DNA from: Macrostomum lignano
Lineage: Eukaryota
DNA: 64,000 nt
Direction: 5' to 3'
NCBI GenBank assembly: GCA_002269645.1
Contig: NIVC01002256.1
Location: forward strand, 221,009-285,008
Made by a program: the position numbers and the translations under genes. Positions 54,645 to 64,000 of this stretch are shown here, in pieces. Numbering within the stretch: position 1 is the stretch's first letter; every line of letters starts with the position of its first letter. The notes under the pieces are model-generated. The model searched no databases. It was given only the letters and a program-made list of their open reading frames with translations, and had not been told where the DNA came from.

Positions 54645-57600
54645 TAATAGAAGCCATACAGCTCGATAGATTCCGATGGGAAACCCAAAGGAAACCCAGT
54701 GAAACCAAATGGAACTCAATAGGGTCTAATATGAAAACCCTTGTAAACCCATGGAAACCAATGGAAACCAATAAAACCCATGGAAACCAATGGAAACCAA
54801 TGGAACCCATGGAAACCAATGGAACCAATGGAAACCAATGGAACCCATGGAAACCAATGGAAACCAATGGAAACTAATGAGAACCCATAAAAACCTATAA
54901 AAACACATGGAAACTAATGGAAGCCAATAAAATCCAATGGAAACTAATCGCAATCGAAGGAATCCAATGAAAACCTAAGGAACCTAATTGAAACCAATGG
55001 AAACCCCATTCGCCCCCAGGCGGACTGGCGCCAGCAGGTTCAGGCCGCATTCGACCAGCTCCGAGACAAGGAGCGCCAGCTTGAAGAGAAAGATCGGCAG
55101 CTGGTGGACGCCGAGCTTCGAATGCGGATGCTGGAGCAGCGCATCGCCGAGCAGCAAAGGCAGCACGAAATCGAAGTCCTGTCGCGCGAGTTGACCATCT
55201 CGCTGCTGCAGGTGCAGCTGCAGTCTTCCACCGCGGCCGCGGCCGCCTACGCCGCGCAGCACACGCCGCCGAAACCGCCGCGTAGGTCGACATTTCGACG
55301 TCACGGCGGATTGTCGTTTCTGCGCTCTTCGGCCGGCGCCGGCGGCAACCACTCGGTGCCGAACTCGCACCCGGTTGCCCCTAGCAACGGAGACGCCGCC
55401 GGCAATGTCAGTATCGACATTCCAGCCGACGGCGGCGCTTCGTTGAATATCTCGCAGCCGACGGACGTGAAGCACCTGTTTCATGTCAGCCACGAGCAGC
55501 TCAGCTTTGCCGGCTTCGGCGGCGGCGGCGGCTCTTTGATGTCACGTGAGTTCATTGGTTGATTGATTGTCCACTGGTTGACGTGTTGGTTACTTGCACT
55601 GGTGTAGGTTTGGTTTAGTTTTTTAGTTTACCTTTAGGTCGGATTTAGTTTTTTTAGTTTTTCTTAGGGTAATCTTAAGGTAGCCTTAGTTTTTTAGGTT
55701 TCCTTAGGATGTGTTTAGTTTTTTAGGTTACCTTGAGATGGGTTTAGTTTTTTAGGTTACCTTGGGATGGGTTTAGTTTTTTAGGTTACCTTAGAATGAG
55801 TTTAGTTTTTTAGGTTACCTTGGCGTAATTTTAGTTGTTTAGGTTTCCTCAGATTGGGTTTAGTTTTTTAGGTTTCAGTTAGGTCGGGTTTAGTTTTTTA
55901 GACTTTGGATGGGTTTAGTTTTTTAGGTTACCTTAGGGTAATTTAAGTTTTTTTAGGTTACCTTGGATGGGTTTAGTTTTTTAGGTTACCTTAGGGTAAT
56001 TTTAGTTTTTTTAGGTTTCCTTCGGGTGAGTTTAGTTTCCCCTCGTGTAGATTTTTGATGCTTAAGGTGGCTTTATAGATTCCTTATTTCCATTATCTTA
56101 CAGATTTGGCTCTATAAACACTATAATAGTCCAGATTTTGTGGCTAGTAGTTTATTAGTGTTTTATTAGTGATTTGCAAATGAACTTAAAAAAATGTTGT
56201 TTTATCTTCTGCTAGAGAGCGGATGCGGCGTTGGCCTGTTCGACTCGCCAGCGGTCCAGCAGCCGCCGCCTCCACCGCCGCCGCTGCAGCGCCAGGAGAA
56301 AAGCTGCCCCAGTAACAAGCAGCACAGCCTCAGAGCTTGGGGCGGAAAGTCGTCCTCTCGGCAGCAGCAGGCGAAAGAGCACAGCTCCGCCCGTCGCGGC
56401 TTTTTCGGCGGCCTTCACAGTTCGCTTCGATTTGCTTCAAGAAGCGCCCCAGATCTGCCAGAGAAATGCCAACCGCTTGGCAGCCGATCTGGCAGTAAAC
56501 GAGAGAAAAAAGGTGAGCGCCGATATGTATCGAAAGTAGAGTTTCCAAACATTCATTTTGTCCTTAAGATTGAACGCCATTATTATTATCAAAGGGTTTG
56601 GATAATTAATTGATGTGCCGTCAGTCGCACCTATCATTTCATACATGCCTTTGTTAGTTGCACAGCCGCCGATCCAATAATTAGACGGATTCTTTTAATT
56701 AGCATAATGGTCTGTCTGTCTCTGTAGAATTCTGTCCCCTATTATCCAATCCCTTCGAAATTTCTATTCCTTCTATGAAGATTTATGAGCTATGAGCTCC
56801 TGGTTTTTAGTGTACAGCGGCCCTAACTTTATCGTTAGGCATGTACACTTCACTGCGCCTTTTTGGGTTGGCCCTCAAGGGCGTTAATTGTCTGCAATCA
56901 GTGTGACTGCGCTTGGAATCGAGCCTGGGCCGCCAAGCTTTTTAGTTTTAATCCACTGATTCACTGGTCAACAATGAAAAATAGGTTGGAGGTTTTTTAG
57001 CTGATTACAGGTAATTTTAATGTGCTGAATCTAAAAATCTCTGATTTCCGCTGATTTCCATGTTTTAAATATCGCTTTATCTAATGTAAGTATTAGAACT
57101 GCAATTAGCTATTATATTTTGTCGCATTTAGCAACCTTATGCATTGCAGTGCACACAAGCATACTAAAAACAAGTATAAATGCATAAAACAGGCAAAACG
57201 AAAGTCTAAGCTCATGTCAAGGGCAGGCGTTTTCTTATGGCCTTCTGTGATGAATTTTGTCTGTCTGATCACGCTTCAAGCACCAGCAGTAATCAGCCAT
57301 CATCGCAGCATACCATCTCCCTTGGTAACGCGTCTCCATCGTTTGATGTCCTGTTGGTAGCGCTCTCCTTGTTTATCACTCAAAGCGCCGAGGTTGTCCG
57401 GAAATCTCGAGAGGTGGGAATTCAGGTAATGCATCTTGATGCTCATATTACACCCTATCCTGCAATATGCAGCCATCAAGTTTTCAACCAATTCCTCAGT
57501 TGTCAGCTTTCCTATTTTCTAGAAAGTTGCTGACCACCTGGCAAAAAGCACGCCAGGCTGCCCAACCAATTCCTGACAGTTGTTAGCTTTCCTATTTTCT

Positions 57601-60600
57601 AGAAAGTTGCTGACTACCTGGCAAAAGCACGCCAGGCTGCCCAACCAATTCCTGACAGTTGTCAGCTTTCCTATTTCCTAGAAAGTTGCTGACCACCTGG
57701 CAAAAAGCACGCCAGGCTGCCCAACCAATTCCTGACAGTTGTCAGCTTTCCTATTTCCTAGAAAGTTGCTGACCACCTGGCAAAAAGCACGCCAGGCTGC
57801 CCTTTCCACATTCGTCATCGATCTCTCAAAATCGGCATCCATCAAATATGCCAGCCTTCAGCTTCTCCTCAGTGAGTGACGGAAATGCATAGCACAAATA
57901 CTCGAAGCACTTTCCTTGCTTGTCGAGCGCTTTGGTGAATTGCTTGATGAGGCTCAATTTGATGTGCAGGGGTGGGAACAAGATCTTGTCGCGATTGACC
58001 AATGGCTCGTGGATCACGTTCTTTGCAAGGCTCCAGATGCTCTCTGACAGGCCATTCCTTCTGAATGTAGTGCTTCTGCTTTGCACGGCTGTCCCACATG
58101 CACAAGAAACAGGGAAACTTGGTGTAGCCTGATTGCTGGCCTTGCAGAAAATTTACCATCTTCAGATCAACGCAAATTACCCGTTGGTGGTCGTGGTAGG
58201 CAATTTTTTTGCAGAACATAGTCTTTCTCCTGCGCGAAGTACTTCATTAATGGGCCGTGCCTGTTGCATCTTCACCGAGAAAGTTCTTCGACTTCAGCCT
58301 GGAAGCCAGTAGCTTGCTGGCTTGCTTGGAAAGATGCAGATCGCGCACCAAGTCATTCAGCTCTTCTTGCGAGAAAGTCTGAGGAGCACAGCTCTCGTCA
58401 GAAGGCAAGTAGGCATCATCATAAGCGATTGCATCCCCGGTGTTGCATTCCATGTCATCTTCGCCGTCGCTGATGTCTTGCAGCCCAGCATACGCAGGTA
58501 CAAGAATTTCCTCACAGTGGAGGACTGGCCGACGCGCTGTTTCAAGGTCAGGGTATGTGAGAGTTATGCCAATTGTTGCGATTTATACCGTTCAGGTTGA
58601 TGGCGCAAAAACAGTCGCTGATGTGATTTGATGGTTCTCTCCACAACATCGGGATGCCGAACTTCATGCCTCTGCTCTTGCCTTTGGTCCACAAGCGAAG
58701 TGCATCTGTGCAGCTCTTTCAGACAACATGGGGGGCCATCGCTTGTCCTGGTCTGCAAGCTGCATCCCAAAGTATGACATATAGGTACGCTTAATGAATG
58801 GTGTTACAGAATTCAATCTGTAACATCTTGAGGTTGTACTCGCCACAAATGTAGCAGAATGAGTTTCGTTCCTACATGCTCGCCTAGCCGATGCCATTGT
58901 TCCAAATTCAATGTGAGGGTAGCCAGCGCGCACAGTGGTGATAATTATAGAATTATTTGGCGATCACAAGTGCCTGCTTTTATAGGCTTTGACCGCCATT
59001 ATTTGCCTCCTAAACATCCCTTTGTGCATTGAATACTAGTAAAAAGGCATTTTAAACTTGCAGATTGGGGTTCAACCTGATTTTTTGGAAAAAAAGCATC
59101 AAATTCCTGCAATTATTTCAGAAATTCAAATTTGCCAAAAAACTTGACCTGATTGAGCAAAATGAAGGTGATTTTTGGATTCAGCGCCTCAAAATGATCT
59201 GAAATCAGCTGAGAAAGTCTTGCCTTTTGAAAAATGATGTCGTTGGCCAGTGACCCCAATTAAATGTGCCTTAAATGTGCCCATTTAGCTCACCGAGAAT
59301 CTATTCTAATTACTAACTGAATCAGGCTTAGGAACAGTCGTTCACACTATCAATGCCTATTTCTCAAACCCTATATACCGTTTTCTATGCTATGCTATTC
59401 AGTTCAATGTGAAAGTGAGATTGAGTTATTAATTAGTTTTTGTGTTTGGCATCTCAGTTTATTTTCATTAAACATTCTTAATTGCGATATTTTTCAATTA
59501 AAGTACAGCAGTTTTGTCAATTTTGTGTTAAATATTGCCGCGTTACAAACTCTGCGTTAGCCTCTGCTCCAGTGGAAAGCGGCAACATCAGGTCTGCTTT
59601 GCCATTGTGTTCAGGCCACGCCGCCACTGCTGCTGCTGCTGCTGCAGCATCTTCTAGCGGTAGCCGCCGCAGTGGCCGTCGAGTCTCAGGCGGTCCTAGC
59701 GGCGGCGGCAGGGGCGCAGCTTCTGTGCCCGCCACACCAGATGCTGGCCTTTGCCCAGCCTGCTATTTCTCTTATCTTGGTAATTGTGCCTTTGAAGACA
59801 GTCAACTGGTTAGATAGTAAATTTCATTACTCTTTAAAGTCCGCTTTTTATAAAAACAGTCAAGGCTAGAAAGCGCTAGTCTATAAATAGAAACAATGTA
59901 CATGCCGCGCTAATGCTTGAAAGGGGTAGAGGAGAAGCGCTAGTCTATAAATAGAAGCAATGTACATGCCGGGCTTGTACTTGAGAGGGGTAGAGCGAAT
60001 TGAAAGCGCTAGTCTATAAATAGAAACAATGTACATGCCGGGCTTGTGCTTGAGAGGGGTAACTGAAAGCGCAAGTCTATAAATAGAAGCAATGTAGATG
60101 CCGCCAGGATTGGCCTTTGCTGTATGTGCGCTATGGATGTACACAATCGCTTGTAATTAAGGCACTGAATGTATAAGAAACATTTGTAAAAGCCAAATAA
60201 TCTATTAATCACAGCTTTAAGTTAGTGCTTTATAGTTATTAATTTATAAATATAAACCAACACAATAAAGCATGCTTTTCAAATTTCAAATTTTCGTGTC
60301 TTATCTCCATATACTAAAAATGCCAAATGAAAATCTAGCTACAAATTAATGTTGTTCACATAGCATATGCCGATAGTATTTTTACCGTGCTTTTCTCTCT
60401 GCTTTGTCTGTTGTTTTGTAATACAAAAAAGTTACATAAAACTAATCAGATTTTTGCCTGTGTCCAACTGAATTCCTTTTAAATATAATTTCTTCTGGTG
60501 CTAAGAATTTGTTAAATTTCCTTATTGCTTATCACCATATCGCAAGCTTATGGTGAGTCTGTGAGTATGGGTTGTGCAGCATTCGCTTAGGTGTATCTTA

Positions 60601-60933
60601 TATATGTCAATCTAAGAGTTGCAGCTAGTCAATGTAACCTGATTCATTTCGCCTTGTAAGTCGAAAAAAAATTTGTAGATTTCCGGATCTGCTTTTTTAT
60701 TATCTTATATATCGAAATGAAAATCCCTGGATTAACTCCATTTCCCTGATATTAGGAAAATTTCGTGCCCCATCTGCCATTTTTATTTTCCATTTATTGT
60801 AGGAATAATCTCCCTGTCAGGATTTTTTTAATTGCTGAAAATGCGCTCGATAATAGTCCACTGGCTTTTAGAAATTTCAGTGTGTGAATAACTGTAAACG
60901 AATTTTAGCCTAAGCAGGAATGAGGGGCTGGCT

Positions 60934-60976
<43 letters not shown>

Positions 60977-61989
60977 TGACAGAAACACAGAAGCCTATGG
61001 AGTCAGAGAGCGTCAAATGCCGAAACCTTCCTAAGGTGCTGGACACCTGCATCTGAGTGGCTTGAGTAAAAGAGCCGCTAAAAAACTAAAAATTGCCCGC
61101 CCGCCCCCTCGCACTCCCTCAGACAGCGGCGCCGCCCCATCAATCAGGAGGCCGCACCAGTCGCTGCTGTCCCGCCTTCGCGAAGCCCTCGCCCGTCGCC
61201 CGGCCGCCCGCGGCCGCCTGCCAGCCTGGGCCGCCCCGGCCGTCCTGCTGGCCGCTCCGGTGCTGCACGCCGACGTCCGGCTGGCCTGTCTGCCGCCGAC
61301 CTTCGGCCGCCGATCAGCTCTGTCGATGAACTCGACGGCGACGGCGACGGTGGCGAAGGCGGCGAAGAAGAATCTACGAATTCGCCACGCGTGCTGACGG
61401 AGGCCGGTGGCAACTCTGCAGGCGCTGCTGCCGCCCTGCTGAGCGTCCGCGCCGCCTCCGTCAGGTCCGGCTCCGCCTCGCTGCCCGCCGGTTCCGGGCG
61501 CAGAGCAGCGACACCGAGTCGCATCCGCACCACCGTCCGCAGCATCCGGCCCGTCACGTGACCTTCGACGACGAGACTGATGCCGAGCAGGCTGGGTCGA
61601 CTTATCTTCGGCCGCCGCCCCGCCGGAAGCGGAGCAGCAGCGGCAGCGGACACGAGGAACTCTGCGAAATTGGCTGCGGCAGCGCGGGAGCGGCAGAGAG
61701 TCTGGAGCGGCCCTACCAGCTCGACCTGCTGGTTCGTCGGAGACAAGCGGAAATGGCCGCCTCCGCTGCTGCTGCCGCTGCTGCTGCGCCAGCCACTTCC
61801 TCTGCGGAAGCGGTGGCGGCGGCCGTTGAAGATCCAGACTGTCCAGCATCGCCAGATGATGAAGACCCGCCGCCCCCGTCCTTCGTCATCCGTCAGACTC
61901 CGTCAGATTCCACCGGCTACGGCTCCGCGGTGGGCAACACGCCCACGCATCCAGACGAGGGCGACGATGATAAAAACAGCTGCGTTTGA
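45944..61989 (+). CDS. Mixed-lineage kinase (MAP3K9/10/11 / Slipper family): SH3 - TKL kinase - leucine zipper - CRIB - long disordered tail; apparent frameshifts in this sequence
   Basis: Exons 45944-46317, 47221-47678, 53902-54487, 55020-55545, 56216-56512, ~59573-59779 and ~61123-61989, with compatible phases. Motifs: SH3 (YTGADDDELSF..DEGWF..LPGNFV), GSGGFAEV, VAVK, HRDLKSSNIL, SDFGLAK, GTHAYMSPE, DVWSYGVVLW(E)LLTGEVPY, zipper (DWRQQVQAAFDQLRDKERQLEE..EIEVLSRELTISL) and CRIB (ISQPTDVKHLFHV). The last two exons are less certain. Confidence 0.9.
46365..47150. repeat. Tandem array, 31 bp unit (ATAATCTGTTTGATCTGTGCCGCTGTGTAAT), in MLK intron 1
   Basis: About 25 copies filling the intron. Confidence 0.97.
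47730..52765. repeat. 5-kb satellite of 19/21-bp units (GTAGACACTATAGTTAGATAG, GTAGACACTATGCAGATAG, GTAGACACTAAAGTTAGATAG), in MLK intron 2
   Basis: Roughly 240 units. It produces all the STYLTIV and SVYLSNY ORFs. Confidence 0.99.
53025..53160. repeat. (GA)n microsatellite (~53025-53095) and (AT)n (~53141-53160)
   Basis: Directly visible. Confidence 0.95.
54593..55005. repeat. (GA)n(GT)n microsatellite followed by a ~10-bp GGAAACCAAT array, in MLK intron 3
   Basis: Directly visible; the array ends ~12 nt before the acceptor at 55018-55019. Confidence 0.92.
55605..56040. repeat. Tandem array, ~28-30 bp unit (TTTAGTTTTTTAGGTTACCTTGGGATGGG), in MLK intron 4
   Basis: About 15 diverged copies. 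Confidence 0.9.
57237..58897 (-). pseudogene. Frameshifted transposase pseudogene
   Basis: Homology is split over at least five frames in the ORF track and is interrupted by an ~80-bp tandem array. Confidence 0.85.
57488..57801. repeat. ~80 bp x 4 tandem duplication inside the transposase coding region
   Basis: Copies start at ~57488, 57566, 57645 and 57725. Confidence 0.93.
59868..60100. repeat. ~60-65 bp x ~4 tandem repeat (GAAAGCGCTAGTCTATAAATAGAAACAATGTACATGCCG..), in MLK intron 6
   Basis: Directly visible. Confidence 0.85.
60932..60979. repeat. (GACA)n microsatellite
   Basis: Directly visible. Confidence 0.95.
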
Positions 61990-61999
61990 GTCGGCTCTC

Positions 62000-63070
62000 A
62001 CTCACCTGTTGGTCACTCTCCTCATACCTGTTGGCCACTCCCCCCTCACCTGTTAGTCCCTCCCCCTCACCTGTTGGTCACTCCCCCCTCAGCTGCTGGT
62101 CACTCCCCCTCACCTGTTAGTCCCTCCCCTCACCTGTTAGTCCCTCCCCCTCACCTGTTAGTCCCTCCCCCTCACCTGTTGGTCACTCCCCCCTCAGCTG
62201 TTGGTCATTCCCCCCTCACCTGTTGGTCACTCCCCCCTTACCTGTTGGTCAATCTCCTCACCTGTTAGTCCCCCCCTCACCTGTTGGTCACTCCCCCTCA
62301 CCTGTTGGTCACTCCCCCTCACCTGTTGGTCACTCCCCCTCACCTGTTAGTCCCCCCTCACCTGTTGGTCACTCCCCCTCAGCTGTTGGTCATTCCCCCC
62401 TCACCTGTTGGTCCCTCCCCCTCACCTGTTGGTCACTCCCTCACCTGTTGGTCACTCCCCTTATCTGTTGTCACTCCCCTCACCTGTTGGTCACTCCCCC
62501 TTATCTGTTGTCACTCCCCCTTATCTGTTGTCACTCCCCTCACCTGTTGGTCACTCCCCCTTATCTGTTGTCACTCTCCCCTCACCTGTTAGTCCTCCCC
62601 CTCACCTGTTGGTCACCCCCTCACCTGTTGGTCACTCCCCCCTCACCTGTTGGTCACTCCCCCCTCAGCTGTTGGTCACTCCCCCTCACCTGTTGGTCCC
62701 TCCCCTCACCTGTTGGTCACCCCCCTCACCTGTTGGTGACTCCCCTCACCTATTGGTCACTCCCCCCTCAGCTGTTGGTCACTCCCCCTCACCTGTTGGT
62801 CCCTCCCCCTCACCTGTTGGTCCCTCCCCCTCACCTGTTGGTCACTCCCCCTCAGCTGTTGGTCATTCCCCCCTCACTGTTAGTCCCTCCCCTCACCTGT
62901 TGGTCACTCCCCCTCACCTGTTGGTCAATCTCCTCACCTGTTAGTCCCTCCCCCTCACCTGTTGGTCACTCCCCCTCACCTGTTGGTCACTCCCCCTCAC
63001 CTGTTGGTCACTCCCCCTCACCTGTTTAGTCCCTCCCCCTTATCTGTTGTCACTCTCCCTCAACTGTTGG
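62000..63070. repeat. Tandem array, ~21-22 bp unit (CTCACCTGTTGGTCACTCCCC), immediately 3' of the MLK stop
   Basis: About 50 copies starting ~10 nt after TGA 61989. Confidence 0.97.
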
Positions 63071-63534
63071 TCTTTAATTTTAAACAACGCTGCATTTTAT
63101 ATTAAATAGTTATATTAATTTGTTTGATCAGAAATAATGTGCAATGTATTTATTTAAAAAAAATATTGTGACTTATTATACATGTCATCATTTAATGTGC
63201 AAAATCCTTACTTTGCTTTCGCATTCAATGGAACTCAATTTTGTTACACAAAATTAATTTTCTAGTCAATTGTAGAGCTAAAAATAAGTTTGCTCACTGT
63301 ATCTGTGCAAGGTTATATTTAATTTTAAAAAGTACATTTGTGTACTTGCGTGTTTTATCATATCGAGTGGTATAAATTTTATTTAAATTTTATGCAATAT
63401 CATGTATACTTTACAATAGCGAAGATGTCTTCTAGTGCTTAATTGTAACTTCTAGAGTTTAAAGAGTTCTAGTGTCTAAAAATTAGTGTTTATGAATTAG
63501 AGTTTAGAAATTAGGGTTTATATAATAGAGTTTA

Positions 63535-63700
63535 TAAACTAGGGTTTAGGTATTAGGGCTTAGAGATTAGGGTTTAGAAATCAGGGTTTAGAAATCAGGG
63601 TTTAGAAATCAGGGTTTAGGAATCATGGTTTAGGAATTAGGGTTTAGAAATCAGGGTTTAGAAATCAGGGTTTAGAAATCAGGGTTTAGGAATCAGGGTT
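63535..63700. repeat. 14-bp tandem array (AGGGTTTAGAAATC), with telomere-like TTAGGG/TTTAGG content
   Basis: About 11 copies, degenerate at the 5' side. Confidence 0.85.
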
Positions 63701-64000
63701 CGTGTCCGTGTGCATGTGCAATCCCAGCTTGGGCATGAGCTGGGGCAGCTCAAAGTGTATTTATAACAGTTGTGTATTGCTTCTCTGTCATGCATATCAG
63801 TGTACAGCATTGAGTGTGCATAAATATATTGCCTGTGTCTATTTGACAACTTCATGCTTTCTATCCGATATGCTAATATATTGTTACTGCGCTCACACTC
63901 TGACTCTAATTGACCTTTAAATGCTTTCTTTTTGCTTCTTTCGTGTCGATATTTCTGAATAAACTTTCTGAATAAACACCAAGAATAACATTGACAAAAT

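Larger units (their letters stand above)
56962..59252 (-). mobile_element. Decayed Chapaev3-like (CMC superfamily) DNA transposon, antisense in MLK intron 5
   Basis: Termini CACTGGTCAAC (56962) and GTTGGCCAGTG (59252) form an 11-bp TIR with one mismatch. Transposase fragments from ATG 58897 to ~57237: MASARRAC.., YFGMQLADQDKRW, ICVDLKMVNFLQGQQSGYTKFPCFLCMWDSR, PLHIKL..KQFTKALD, EKLKAGIFDG, HLSRFPDNLGALSDKQGER, MMADYCWCLKRD. Family assignment is from recollection of these motifs and the CAC..GTG termini. Confidence 0.75.

Noticed and set aside
33225-56935. tRNA-like box B fragments (GGTTCAAATC ~33277, GGTCGAACCC ~37105, GGAATCGAGCC ~56915)
   Set aside because: No complete cloverleaf or acceptor stem could be folded; at most they are SINE remnants.
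57505-57770. TTCCTATTTTCTAGAAAGT closely resembles part of the yeast FLP FRT site
   Set aside because: It is the antisense of transposase codons for NFLENRK, and the second inverted FLP-binding arm is absent, so this is coincidence.

Overview
This is eukaryotic, intron-rich animal DNA. Ala-rich proteins and minisatellite-filled introns suggest a flatworm such as Macrostomum; the organism is an inference. Six spliced genes can be rebuilt by hand from GT..AG boundaries. (1) A BIR-domain IAP on the minus strand runs off the left edge. (2) RBBP4/p55. (3, 4) A head-to-head pair of paralogous tetraspanins with identical intron phases. (5) An ornithine-decarboxylase-fold protein that has lost the PLP-binding lysine and most other active-site residues. 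(6) A mixed-lineage kinase (SH3-kinase-zipper-CRIB) with one clear and two probable single-base frameshifts. The most interesting item is a short ORF ending in a PPWDP motif just upstream of the dead ODC homolog. It resembles the polyamine-sensing upstream conserved coding region (uCC) of ODC/antizyme-inhibitor mRNAs, suggesting an independently evolved antizyme-inhibitor-like module. About 16 of 23 introns carry their own distinct tandem array. Mobile DNA includes a 4.5-kb Mutator-like element with a perfect 9-bp TSD, a hAT-like MITE, another MITE and a decayed Chapaev3-like transposon. Almost all long ORFs in the supplied track that lie in repeats are artefacts.
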